From Bdellovibrionota bacterium (lineage in GTDB: Bacteria; Bdellovibrionota_C; UBA2361; OMII01), in assembly GCA_044347025.1 (NCBI GenBank), contig JBIIYC010000003.1, positions 1-37,402 on the forward strand: a stretch of DNA of 37,402 nucleotides, written 5' to 3'. The notes beneath the pieces were generated by a model that was not told the DNA's origin, made no database searches, and saw nothing but the letters and a program-made list of their open reading frames with translations. The translations under genes and the position numbers were made by a program. Shown piece after piece: positions 11,145-20,414 of this stretch (position 1 is its first letter; every line of letters begins with the position of its first letter).

Positions 11145-12962
11145 TTAGTGCGGTCGCTTGTTCGCCTGCAAGACTGTCTTCCGAATGCGGATCGACTTCG
11201 GCGTTACCTCTACGAGCTCATCATCGCGAATAAACTCAATCGCGCGTTCGAGCGTCATCGGTATGACCGGCGAGAGAATTACGTTCTCGTCCTTTGCAGC
11301 TGCGCGAATATTAGTGAGCTTTTTTTCTCGGCAAATATTCACGTTCAGATCGTTGTCTCGATTGTGTTCGCCCACAACCATCCCCTCGTATACCGGGTCG
11401 CCGGCTTCAACGAAGATCTTTCCGCGTGGTTGAAGTCCGAAGATCGCATACGGAATCGCCTCTCCCTGGCGGTCTGCAACGAGCGAGCCGCTTAGTCGCG
11501 ATGCGAAGTCACCCTTATACGGCTCGTAGCCCTTGAGGTATGAGTTCATAATGCCGGTACCGCGAGTGTCGGTAAGGAACTCATTTCGGTATCCGATCAA
11601 GCCTCGTGATGGGATCTCAAACTCGAGGCGAACGCGGCCCGAGCCGTGATTGACCATGTTCACCATCTTGCCGCGTCGAATCGCAAGCTTCTCGGTCAAA
11701 ATTCCGATAAATGCTTCGTCGCAGTCGATCAATACTCGCTCAATTGGCTCGTGCTGTTCCCCGTTGATCTCCTTAAAGATGATCTGTGGGCGACCCACGG
11801 TCACCTCGAAGCCTTCGCGTCGCATCGTTTCAATCAGGATCGCCATCTGGAACTCGCCGCGGCCGCGAACGAGTACGCTCTCATCTTCCTTTGAATCCTC
11901 AACCTTAAGCGCTACGTTGAAGAGAGCTTCTTTATAGAGGCGCTCCTTGATCTTTTGCGGCTGAACGAGCTTGCCTTCTCTGCCCGAGAATGGCGAGGTG
12001 TTGGCCATGAACTTCATGGAGATGGTCGGCTCATCCACCGCGATACGTGGAAGGGCTCTTGGATTATCAAGAGTGCAGATGGTATCGCCCATCGCCACGT
12101 CCTCGACTCCGGAGAGGATAATAATCTCGCCCGGCTCGGCCTCATCGACCTCCTCAAACGCTATGCCCTGGTATACTTGCACCTTAGTGACGCGGAGCGG
12201 ATCGGGCTTTCCATCCTCTCCGATGCAGCAGAGCCGCTCGTTCTTGCGAGCTGAGCCGTTAAACACGCGCCCGATTGCAAGACGACCGAGGTAGTCTGAG
12301 TACGAAAGGTTGGAAACAAGCATCTGGAACGGAGCTGTCGAATCGTACGATGGGCCCGGAACGTGCTTTACGATCGCATCAAAGAGGGGGGCAAGGTTTG
12401 TGCCTCGTCCCTCGAGTGTGGTTTGAGCGATACCATCACGACCGATAGCGTAGAGAAGAGGGAACTCTAACTGATCCTCGGTCGCATCGAGGTCGATAAA
12501 GAGATCATAAACCTCATTGAGCACCTCTTGTGGGCGGGCGTCCTGGCGGTCGATCTTGTTGATTACCACAATGATCGAGCGCTTCGCTTCAAGCGCTTTC
12601 TTGAGTACGAAGCGGGTTTGCGGGAGAGGCCCCTCAGATGAATCAACGAGGAGAACAACGCCGTCCACCATCATCATCGCGCGCTCTACCTCGCCACCGA
12701 AGTCCGCATGGCCTGGAGTGTCGAGGATGTTGATCTTTACGTCGCCCCACCGTACGGAGCAGTTCTTGGCGGCAATCGTGATTCCACGTTCCCGCTCAAG
12801 GTCCATGCTATCCATGACCCGGTCAGCTACTTCCTGATTGGAACGGAACATGCCGCTCTGTCGGAAGAGGTGATCCACGAGGGTCGTTTTGCCGTGGTCT
12901 ACGTGCGCTATGATAGCGATATTGCGAAGTTTGTCGTTGGTGACGATGTTTTCCTTGTTCAT
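11145..12962 (-). CDS. typA: Translational GTPase TypA/BipA
   Basis: RNIAIIAHVDHGKTTL, ERERGITI, DTPGHADFGGEVER, NKID, RREGFE, KKLTNIRA, ELVEVTPKSIRIRK; 605 aa. Confidence 0.98.
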   Translation of the reverse strand: MNKENIVTNDKLRNIAIIAHVDHGKTTLVDHLFRQSGMFRSNQEVADRVMDSMDLERERGITIAAKNCSVRWGDVKINILDTPGHADFGGEVERAMMMVDGVVLLVDSSEGPLPQTRFVLKKALEAKRSIIVVINKIDRQDARPQEVLNEVYDLFIDLDATEDQLEFPLLYAIGRDGIAQTTLEGRGTNLAPLFDAIVKHVPGPSYDSTAPFQMLVSNLSYSDYLGRLAIGRVFNGSARKNERLCCIGEDGKPDPLRVTKVQVYQGIAFEEVDEAEPGEIIILSGVEDVAMGDTICTLDNPRALPRIAVDEPTISMKFMANTSPFSGREGKLVQPQKIKERLYKEALFNVALKVEDSKEDESVLVRGRGEFQMAILIETMRREGFEVTVGRPQIIFKEINGEQHEPIERVLIDCDEAFIGILTEKLAIRRGKMVNMVNHGSGRVRLEFEIPSRGLIGYRNEFLTDTRGTGIMNSYLKGYEPYKGDFASRLSGSLVADRQGEAIPYAIFGLQPRGKIFVEAGDPVYEGMVVGEHNRDNDLNVNICREKKLTNIRAAAKDENVILSPVIPMTLERAIEFIRDDELVEVTPKSIRIRKTVLQANKRPH

Positions 12963-12971
12963 GCGGGGCGT

Positions 12972-13000
12972 ATGCTAACCCGCCCGACATAATTAAGCAA
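12972..13000 (-). promoter_or_regulatory. Putative sigma70 promoter of typA
   Basis: Minus strand TTGCTT-17 nt-TAGCAT, ending 9 nt before the ATG; no SD. Confidence 0.5.
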
Positions 13001-13064
13001 AGCACCCCCCCCCTCTGGCGATAATCCCCGGGAGTTCCGTGGGTGTCATGCACGAGTCATTGTG

Positions 13065-13526
13065 TTACGTGCGAGTGGTTCCGAGTGGTCTGCCGAGCTC
13101 ATCGAGGTTTGAGTGGCAGACGTTAGTAGCTACTCGAGGCGCAAAGCGCGAGGAGAGGTGGTACGATAGCTGTTGGGTCATAAAAACCGAACGGTGTTGC
13201 CCGCCGGTGCAGCCAAAGCCTACCGTGAGGAACGTAAACCCTCGCACGAGGTAGTTTTCAACCGCAGAGGAAACCAGAGAAAAGGCGTGGGACTTAAACG
13301 CAGCTACTTCGGGTGCCGCTTCTAGATATGCAATCACGGCGCTATCGAGCCCAGTTTGGCTCTTGAATTGCGCCTCTCGGCCCGGATTGGGTAGGTAGCG
13401 ACAATCGAATACAAACCCACCTCCGTGACGCCCCTCAGAAGAGGAGAATAGAGTTGGGGGAAGGTCCTTCTTATACGAGAAGCTGATTATCTCAACGGTC
13501 AGTATGGGGCTTGAGTGTTCGGTCAT
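13065..13526 (-). CDS. Stand-alone RapZ C-terminal-domain protein
   Basis: IISFSYKK, GGGFVFDCRYLPNPG, GFGCTGGQHRSV motifs; ATGA overlap with the upstream gene. Confidence 0.88.
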   Translation of the reverse strand: MTEHSSPILTVEIISFSYKKDLPPTLFSSSEGRHGGGFVFDCRYLPNPGREAQFKSQTGLDSAVIAYLEAAPEVAAFKSHAFSLVSSAVENYLVRGFTFLTVGFGCTGGQHRSVFMTQQLSYHLSSRFAPRVATNVCHSNLDELGRPLGTTRT

Positions 13527-14560
13527 GACGTCCCTTTCGCGAGGAGCTCCTCATGGAGCTGGGTGACGCACGATCGAAGGTGCGGCAGCTTCAAGGGAAT
13601 ATCTGCTGACGACAGTTCCTGCGCAAGGGTTCGAATGGCAGCCGGGATGCTGTTGGCGAAATACGACTTGCCCGCACCGAGCCCTTGTCGCCCATAGACT
13701 CCGAGCACCTGCAGCATTCGACAGATAATAAAACCTCTGTAGAAGTGATAGAACGCGCTGGTGTCGATTGATGTGTAGTTCGCGGCGACTGAGCAGTAGT
13801 GTTCGACTAATGTGTTGCGCGCACCTTGTGGAATACATGTGCTCGCTTGATAGAGCAGCGATACGACATCGTATTGAAGAGGACCCCTTCGACCGCTCTG
13901 AAAATCGATAAAATACGGCTTCCCATCCACACACATGATGTTGCGAGATTGAAAGTCTCGGTAGACGAAGAAGGAGCTCTCCGCCTTCTCAAGAAAGGTA
14001 ATAAGCTCCGCAAAATCCCTGGTAAGGGTAGTGATGTCGAAGGAGGGAAGAAGTCTCCCAACAAGATCCTGCGCGAAGGACGAGCAATCGCCCGCAAAGG
14101 TCCCTGGAAGAAGGTCGATCTCCGGATGGCACTTCGTAAAATCGAAATCCGCGGCGCACTCAATTTGGAATCGTGCAAGGTGCTCAAGAGATCGTTTGTA
14201 CAACGCCTCGGCCGTCGCAGGAAATTCAACCCCAAGTCGAGTGCGCTCGGCTGCAAGTAGATCGAAGAGAGTTTGATCGCCGAGATCCTGTTCGAGATAT
14301 ACACACTCGTCTGGGTGATAGATGTAAATCGTTGGAACGGGGAGGGCGTGTTTTGTGAAGTAGCGTGCAAAGTGAACGAACGCGTCGTTCTCTTCTCTGT
14401 TTGTGTTAATGACGCCGATGACGCTCGTAGGGCCATCTGCGAGGCGGAACATCCGGCGCTCCGAGGCGTGCGGCCGGAGCGGATTGATTTGGCTCGGTGT
14501 GCGCCCCGTATGTTCGTAAAAGCACCGTGCTAGGAGTGCCTGCTGTTGCTCATCGTTCAT
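13523..14560 (-). CDS. APH/choline-kinase-fold phosphotransferase, AmgK-like sugar kinase
   Basis: ASERRMFR, LEQDLGD, YRDFQSRNIM (Brenner-type), IDFQ..RGPLQYDVVSLL, RMLQVLGVYG. Confidence 0.85.
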   Translation of the reverse strand: MNDEQQQALLARCFYEHTGRTPSQINPLRPHASERRMFRLADGPTSVIGVINTNREENDAFVHFARYFTKHALPVPTIYIYHPDECVYLEQDLGDQTLFDLLAAERTRLGVEFPATAEALYKRSLEHLARFQIECAADFDFTKCHPEIDLLPGTFAGDCSSFAQDLVGRLLPSFDITTLTRDFAELITFLEKAESSFFVYRDFQSRNIMCVDGKPYFIDFQSGRRGPLQYDVVSLLYQASTCIPQGARNTLVEHYCSVAANYTSIDTSAFYHFYRGFIICRMLQVLGVYGRQGLGAGKSYFANSIPAAIRTLAQELSSADIPLKLPHLRSCVTQLHEELLAKGTS

Positions 14561-14866
14561 GGCTTCATTGTAACTCAGAGTGCGTGCCCAAATGCCCCTC
14601 GAATCGATAGCGACCTCGGAGCCCCTCGGTCGAGTGCCGTCGCCACAGAGTTAACTTGGTTAGGCACTCTTACCAGTATTCTATCCGTTGCCCAAGGCGC
14701 TCTCGACAAGCGTGCGTACGAGTGAGTCACCACGATCCCGCTGCATCCCTGTTAATTCAGTGACTTAGATCCTTTTTGGGGGCCTCAAGCAGCGCCCCAG
14801 GCTGCTTGTACGAAATATCAGGAACTCCGTCGCTTCCTTATGTCCGTCCGCATCATCTTAACCACC

Positions 14867-15868
14867 ATGCAAAGGGAACTCACCAATCCAGAAAAGGCAG
14901 CGCTTACCCTCCTAAGCCTCGGCAAAGACGTGGCGGCTCAGGTCATGCAGAACCTGAACGAGGAAGAGGTAAAAACGATATCTCGCGCCTTCATGACGGT
15001 ATCCGAAGTTGATCGTGAGACCCAGTTTAGCACCTCAAAAGATTTTTTGAGAATGCTCAAGGCGAGCGACACTGTGCTTGTGGACGGGCGAGAGTTTGCT
15101 AAGAGTGTTATCTCAAGCGCTTTTGACCAAGCAAAAAGCCAATCGCTTCTTGAGTACGTAAATGGAACTCGCAAGCAGCCCATTGGAGCCATAATTGGCG
15201 GAGTTCCAGAGAAGTTGCTTTATGGTTTCGTCTCCGCCGAGCACCCGCAAACCATGGCGTTTTTGATGACCGTGATGAATCCCGATCAGGCAGCAGCGGT
15301 TCTCAAAATGATGTCGCCGGAAGCGCAGACAGACGTTTTGGTTCGTATCTCCAATCTTAGTAACGTCAAAGCCGACATCGTTGATGAGGTGCGTGAAGTT
15401 CTTCAAACGCAGCTCTGTGGTGATGGATCGGCTGGCGAGGAGATCGGTGGTCCGAAGTCGGCGGCAGACATTTTGAACTTCATTGATCGTTCGAGTGAAG
15501 AGCGCATCATCGCTGAGATCGAGGAGACCTTCCCGGATCTCGCCGAGACGATTCGAAACCTCATGTTCACGTTCGAGGATGTCAAGAAGATCGACGACCG
15601 CGGAATCCAGACAGTTCTCAAGGATGTACCTCGAGAGCAGTTGGTGCTTGCCCTCAAGACTGCGAGTCAGGAGCTACGCGAGGCGCTCCTACGAAATGTA
15701 TCGCAGCGAGCTGCTGAGATGATTAAGGAGGACCTCGAAGCACTTGGTCCTGTTAAACTCAAGGATGTTGAAAAAGCTCAGCAGGGAGTTGTTGATATCG
15801 TTCGCCGACTCGAAGAGGAGGGTAAGATCGTCATCGGCGGCGGTGGCAGCGGTGACCAGATAGTATAG
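14867..15868 (+). CDS. fliG: Flagellar motor switch protein FliG
   Basis: KAALTLLSLG, EHPQTMA, GG linker, MFTFED, RAAEMIKEDL, DVEKAQQ. ATG 14867 preferred over 14840. Confidence 0.95.
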   Translation: MQRELTNPEKAALTLLSLGKDVAAQVMQNLNEEEVKTISRAFMTVSEVDRETQFSTSKDFLRMLKASDTVLVDGREFAKSVISSAFDQAKSQSLLEYVNGTRKQPIGAIIGGVPEKLLYGFVSAEHPQTMAFLMTVMNPDQAAAVLKMMSPEAQTDVLVRISNLSNVKADIVDEVREVLQTQLCGDGSAGEEIGGPKSAADILNFIDRSSEERIIAEIEETFPDLAETIRNLMFTFEDVKKIDDRGIQTVLKDVPREQLVLALKTASQELREALLRNVSQRAAEMIKEDLEALGPVKLKDVEKAQQGVVDIVRRLEEEGKIVIGGGGSGDQIV

Positions 15869-15929
15869 CCCAGCGCATTGCACACCCAATCAGGCGGGAA
15901 GTCGCTCCCAGCTGACGAGGGCAGGGCCC

Positions 15930-16265
15930 TTAGTGAAAAACTATCTTCTTGCCCTCTAGCTCAGTGATGTCGATATCGGGTTTCCGGGAATGAAATCCGG
16001 GCGATTGAAAAGAGCTCTCAAAGTTCTTCGTGAGCGACTGAATTTGACGTCTAAATGCCACGAGCTTGTACGCCACGTAACAGCACACAGCTCCTACCAT
16101 CAAGAGGCAGAAGGCGATCGTAGCAAGTACGAGCCGCGGAGCCACTAACACAACGAGCCCGAGTACGATGAGCAGGAGGCCTGGGACAAAAGGCACGCTT
16201 CGTTGGCTGCTCTTCACTACGCGAGTCGAGAAAAACGAATTCCAATCGGTACGGTTGTTTAGCAT
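15930..16265 (-). CDS. Small membrane protein with two hydrophobic helices
   Basis: PGLLLIVLGLVVLVAPRLV and LATIAFCLLMVGAVCCYV segments. ATG 16265 preferred over GTG 16286 (TACACT 9 nt upstream). Confidence 0.7.
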   Translation of the reverse strand: MLNNRTDWNSFFSTRVVKSSQRSVPFVPGLLLIVLGLVVLVAPRLVLATIAFCLLMVGAVCCYVAYKLVAFRRQIQSLTKNFESSFQSPGFHSRKPDIDITELEGKKIVFH

Positions 16266-16497
16266 ATGGTCGAGAGTGTATCGCACATTTCAATGAATAA
16301 CCATGTACACCACCACTTCCAAGTAAAATCTTTTTAGTAGAGCATTCTGGTCACGGTGTTTTGGTCGGGGCCGGCTCGTGTTGCGACTCGCCATCGAACG
16401 CGCCCAACTGAACCATTCTTTGAGGTGCCTATGTGGCCCCCGCTGCCCCCGCAGCGGCCGCGAGAGCTGAACAGTTGTGGGAGGTGATATTCAACCG

Positions 16498-16506
16498 TGG
16501 TATGCT
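16498..16506 (+). promoter_or_regulatory. Putative extended -10 promoter for rsgA
   Basis: TGgTATGCT about 57 nt upstream of the GTG start. Confidence 0.4.
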
Positions 16507-16562
16507 ACGCTAGCAAGCTGCTGGACCTGCGTTCGGCACATACATACTAAAGAGAGTCTCCT

Positions 16563-17489
16563 GTGACTGCCCCTGGATCGTCCCATACTCGGAATACCTC
16601 CGGCACCGTATTAGAGGTGTCGCGACGCTTCGTAACTATTCTTACGGATGAGCGAACGATTCTTAACGGAACGGTCTCTTCCAAGACCATCGAGGCTGTC
16701 GTTGGAGACGTCGTCTCATTTGAGGAGAGAGAGGGGGAGATCTTTGTCACTCAGGTCGCTCCGGCAGCGCGTAGCCTCTATCGGTCGTTCCACGGCAAGT
16801 TAAAACGTATGGGGGCGAATATCGACGCGCTGCTGGTCATTACTGCGACGGGACCAACCTGTAATCCAGTTGTAATTGATCGAATGCTTGTGGCCGCGCA
16901 GGTTCAGAAGATTCCAACTACGTTGGTGGTGAATAAAATCGATCTCGGAACTGCCGGAATAGAGGAGATGCTCGCCGTGTATACTCGGATCGGAGTTCGC
17001 GTAATTCAGTGCAGCGCCAAGCATGGAACAGGCATGCCGGAGATTTCAGCTCTCGTTAATGAAAAAGGGGTGCGCGTTCTCTCTCTCTGCGGAGTATCCG
17101 GTGTCGGAAAAAGTACGATTCTCAACAAGCTCGTCCCAGGGGCCCGCACAAAAACTGGTGCAGTCAGTGAAAAAACTGGCCAGGGAAAACAGACGACAAC
17201 GCAGCCGCGTGGATACGTGTATGATGCTCCGGATTCCACACAGAAAGTGATCGTCGATCTTCCAGGAGTGCAATTCTTTGGACTCTCGCACATCTCATCT
17301 GATGCGGCAGCCGCTGCTTTTCCAGAGATACGAGAGGCGGCGCAGGGGTGTAGATTCGGGGATTGTAAGCATCTGAAGGAGCCGGAATGTTCAGTCAAGG
17401 AAGCCGTTTCGCGGGGGGATGTGGCGCAGTGGCGCTATGAGTCCTACCGCCAAATTCTCGAAGAGATCGAGGATGCGCGGGAGTACTGA
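16563..17489 (+). CDS. rsgA: Ribosome small subunit-dependent GTPase A
   Basis: OB-fold VVGD, circularly permuted NKID ... GVSGVGKST ... TTT ... DLPG, Zn site CRFGDCKHLKEPEC. Confidence 0.95.
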   Translation: MTAPGSSHTRNTSGTVLEVSRRFVTILTDERTILNGTVSSKTIEAVVGDVVSFEEREGEIFVTQVAPAARSLYRSFHGKLKRMGANIDALLVITATGPTCNPVVIDRMLVAAQVQKIPTTLVVNKIDLGTAGIEEMLAVYTRIGVRVIQCSAKHGTGMPEISALVNEKGVRVLSLCGVSGVGKSTILNKLVPGARTKTGAVSEKTGQGKQTTTQPRGYVYDAPDSTQKVIVDLPGVQFFGLSHISSDAAAAAFPEIREAAQGCRFGDCKHLKEPECSVKEAVSRGDVAQWRYESYRQILEEIEDAREY

Positions 17490-17534
17490 GAGTGCTGGAT
17501 TCCTTTCGAATCGTCGGTATATGCTTTGAATCCT

Positions 17535-18254
17535 ATGAACGAACCCGCAATACATTCAGCTAGTTCAGCCGAGGAGCATAGCGATATCTTGTGGCGGGAT
17601 GTGTTGAACGCCGAGAAGCAAAAACCGTATTTTCGTGAACTACTTGCCTTTGTTGAGCAGGAGAGGGCGCGGGGCGTAACGATTTATCCCAAGAACGCAG
17701 ATGTGTTTAACGCGTTGGCGTTTACCCCGTTTGAGCAGGTCAAGGTTGTCATCTTGGGGCAGGATCCATATCACGGGCCCAATCAAGCTCATGGACTCTG
17801 CTTCTCTGTGAAGCCTCCTGTTCCTCCACCGCCATCACTGCTCAATATCTTTCGGGAGCTGAAATCGGACCTCGGTATTGAGAGCCCCAATCATGGATGT
17901 CTTGAGAGCTGGGCTCGACAGGGGGTGTTGCTCTTGAATGCGGTGCTCACCGTCGAGGCCGAAAAAGCGGGTTCCCACGCAGGGCGTGGCTGGGAGCAGT
18001 TTACGGATCGGGTCATTCAGGAGCTCAACCAGCGGCGATCGCACCTTGTCTTTCTGCTGTGGGGAGCCTACGCGCAAAAGAAGGCGAGCTTTGTTGATCG
18101 CTCAAGGCACCTCGTTCTTGAGGCGCCACACCCATCGCCCCTCTCGGCTCACCGCGGCTTTCTCGGCTGTCGGCACTTTTCGCAGGCTAATGCGTACCTG
18201 ACTGCGCAAGGTCAAACCCCGGTCGATTGGCGTCTGCCGGCCAGCTGTTCGTAA
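17535..18254 (+). CDS. ung: Uracil-DNA glycosylase, family 1
   Basis: [45 protein letters not shown] 17535 preferred over TTG 17526. Confidence 0.97.
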   Translation: MNEPAIHSASSAEEHSDILWRDVLNAEKQKPYFRELLAFVEQERARGVTIYPKNADVFNALAFTPFEQVKVVILGQDPYHGPNQAHGLCFSVKPPVPPPPSLLNIFRELKSDLGIESPNHGCLESWARQGVLLLNAVLTVEAEKAGSHAGRGWEQFTDRVIQELNQRRSHLVFLLWGAYAQKKASFVDRSRHLVLEAPHPSPLSAHRGFLGCRHFSQANAYLTAQGQTPVDWRLPASCS

Positions 18255-18332
18255 CGGAGCGAAGGCAGCCATCCGCGGAAGGGCCTCTCCCCTAGACGCG
18301 TTGAGAGGCCACCCTCCTGATGCCTGCCCGTG

Positions 18333-18349
18333 TTGGCATGGCCCCTGCA
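18333..18349 (+). promoter_or_regulatory. Putative sigma54 (-24/-12) promoter of the lytic transglycosylase
   Basis: TTGGCATGGCCCCTGCA; GG-N10-GC spacing exact. Confidence 0.6.
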
Positions 18350-18382
18350 TTACACTGGGTAGGGAAAGGATACCCGGATACC

Positions 18383-19285
18383 ATGAAGATTGACTTTGCA
18401 GCGCGATACAAAGAAGTAGCCAACCTGCTCCAGGCATCGACCAAGCCAACGAACGCCCCTACCGATGAGGTGTTTGAGAAGGATTTGGGCAGTCTTTTGC
18501 TGCAACCCTCTGAAACTAATGAGGTTGCTCCCCGAAAAACAGAGGCCTACCTACCGAGGCAGAGCGTTCGCGATCCGCTCGATGACATTCGGGCGAGCTT
18601 GCGAATGGACGCACCGAGTCTCCAAATGCCGCCAATGACCCCTTTGGCTCCACCGGTAGGGGTGCCAGCCGAACCACCGATTGAGCTTCCTGTCGTCAAA
18701 ACTCCGACAGTACTGGAAGTAAAGAGGGTGGAGATTCCGGTCCCCGGCACGGGAGTCGTGTCACAATTGGAGAAGTCTCAAATTGTGGAGCGTCTCGTCT
18801 CTGCCAGTAAGCTTGCCGGCATCGATCCGGCCCTTGCTCAAGCGGTTGTTAGCGCAGAATCGAGTTTTAATACAAAGGCTGTTAGCTCGGATGGGCACGC
18901 CTCAAAAGGGCTCTTTCAGCTGCTCGACACTACGGGTCGGCACCTAATGTCGAGAGCAAACTTAGATGGCCAGGACTACGATCCCTTCAACCCTGACCTT
19001 AATATTAGCTTAGGTACCTCGTACCTTAAGTACCTCCACGATATCTTCCGAGTTCCAACAGACCTTCCCAATCAGATGCAGACCCGCGCTGCAGCAGATA
19101 AGGGCTCGCTTGAGAAGTTAGCGGTGGCGGCCTTCAACGCGGGTGAGGGGCGGGTAGCTTCTGCCCAAAATAGAACTGAAAAGGTAGGCAATGACCCGGC
19201 ACATTACGACCAGGTGGCTCCATTTCTGCCCCGTTCAACCCGTGAGTATGTGACCCGGGTGGTCGAAGGCAAGAAGCTCTTCTAG
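18383..19285 (+). CDS. Soluble lytic transglycosylase (SLT domain) with a Pro-rich N-terminal region
   Basis: AVVSAESSFN (catalytic Glu), KGLFQL, AAFNAGEGRV, TREYV. Start 18383 follows AAGGA and the sigma54 site. Confidence 0.88.
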   Translation: MKIDFAARYKEVANLLQASTKPTNAPTDEVFEKDLGSLLLQPSETNEVAPRKTEAYLPRQSVRDPLDDIRASLRMDAPSLQMPPMTPLAPPVGVPAEPPIELPVVKTPTVLEVKRVEIPVPGTGVVSQLEKSQIVERLVSASKLAGIDPALAQAVVSAESSFNTKAVSSDGHASKGLFQLLDTTGRHLMSRANLDGQDYDPFNPDLNISLGTSYLKYLHDIFRVPTDLPNQMQTRAAADKGSLEKLAVAAFNAGEGRVASAQNRTEKVGNDPAHYDQVAPFLPRSTREYVTRVVEGKKLF

Positions 19286-19362
19286 GAGGCTCATGTCGCA
19301 AAGAATAAAATTTCCAATTTGTTACCCCAGTGTGTGTCTTGCTGTTGAGCCCAACGAGGCAG

Positions 19363-19379
19363 TTGGCAAGCTCCTTGCT
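19363..19379 (+). promoter_or_regulatory. Putative sigma54 (-24/-12) promoter of flagellin 1
   Basis: TTGGCAAGCTCCTTGCT, one mismatch to YTGGCACG-N4-TTGCW; AT-rich tract at 19301-19324 upstream. Confidence 0.75.
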
Positions 19380-19389
19380 CATACAGGGC

Positions 19390-19502
19390 TATAAATCGGA
19401 AGACGGCAATGTTTGCCGTTGGGTCGAAAGGATGTGACCCGAGTTTTTATGGAGAGCTAAAGGTCCTTCGCCGTATGAGGGGGCCGAGCCAAGGAGAAAA
19501 AT
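19390..19502 (+). promoter_or_regulatory. Structured flagellin 5' leader with GGA motifs (candidate CsrA/RsmA sites)
   Basis: GGGTC-GAAAGGATGT-GACCC (19421-19440), AGTTTT-TATGG-AGAGCT (19442-19458), SD AAGGAG (19491-19496). Confidence 0.6.
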
Positions 19503-20366
19503 ATGGCAATTAATATACGTACAAACCTTTCCTCGCTCGCGGCGCAGCGAAGTGTAGAAAATAGCAGCAACCGCTTGAACCAATCGTACCAACGACTCGC
19601 AAGTGGATTGCGGATCAACAAAGCAAGCGACGACGCCGCAGGCTTGGCGATTGCGGAGAACCTTCGTGCTGACTCTACAGTTGCTACGGTAGCTATTCGA
19701 AACGCAAACGACGCGATTTCAGTAATCGCAATCGCTGACCAAGCTATTGGCCAGATCGGAAACGTGTTGAACCGTCTCTCAGAGCTTGCACAGCAGAGCG
19801 CAAACGGAGTCTATGACACTGGGCAGCGTTCAGCTCTACAGAACGAGTTTACGGCACTTACCAGTGAAATTGAGCGAATCGCCGTTACCACGAAGTTCAA
19901 CGGTATCGACCTGCTCAGTAACGGTGGAAACCTCGTGTTCCAGGTTGGATTCGACGGTAGCTCCCTCTCCCAACTCTCTTACACGGGTATCAATGCAACG
20001 CTTCAAGCGATGGGCCTTGCGGTCGCGGGAAGCTCTGCATCAACGTACTCGATCAGTGGAGCAACAGAGGCCGAGGGGCAGAGCGCAGCTCGCCTTGCTC
20101 TTGAGGCGATTTCGGATGCTCTTACCTCAATCAACCGCAGCCGCGGTAAATTGGGAGCTCTGGAGAGTCGTCTCTCGGTATCGATTAACAACCTTCAGGT
20201 TGCTCGCGAAAACTTCAAGGCAGCGGAGAGCCAGATTCGCGACCTTGACGTTGCAACCGAGGCCGCTGAGCTTACAAGACTCAACATCCTGCAACAGGCA
20301 GGAGCTGCAGTCCTAGCTCAGGCTAACCAGCAGCCGCAGCTCGCGCTCCGATTGCTGAATCAGTAA
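19503..20366 (+). CDS. fliC: Flagellin 1 (short, 287 aa)
   Basis: MAINIRTN, RLASGLRINKASDDAAGLAI, SQIRDLDVATE, ILQQAGAAVLAQANQQPQ; strong SD. Confidence 0.97.
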   Translation: MAINIRTNLSSLAAQRSVENSSNRLNQSYQRLASGLRINKASDDAAGLAIAENLRADSTVATVAIRNANDAISVIAIADQAIGQIGNVLNRLSELAQQSANGVYDTGQRSALQNEFTALTSEIERIAVTTKFNGIDLLSNGGNLVFQVGFDGSSLSQLSYTGINATLQAMGLAVAGSSASTYSISGATEAEGQSAARLALEAISDALTSINRSRGKLGALESRLSVSINNLQVARENFKAAESQIRDLDVATEAAELTRLNILQQAGAAVLAQANQQPQLALRLLNQ

Positions 20367-20370
20367 TACG

Positions 20371-20414
20371 AAAAAGGGGGGATAGAGACGGATCCATAGC
20401 GTCTCTATCCTCCC
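20371..20414. terminator. 15-bp hairpin after flagellin 1
   Basis: GGGGGGATAGAGACG (20376-20390) pairs with CGTCTCTATCCTCCC (20400-20414); an A5 run precedes it and there is no plus-strand U tract. Confidence 0.7.

Noticed and set aside
11148-12992. Plus-strand ORFs opposite typA, and similar antisense ORFs over other genes
   Set aside because: They fully overlap well-supported genes and have no recognisable motifs.
19391-19490. Sigma28 promoter for flagellin 1 (TAAA...GCCG)
   Set aside because: No TAAA-N15-GCCGATAA spacing; the sigma54 match is much better.
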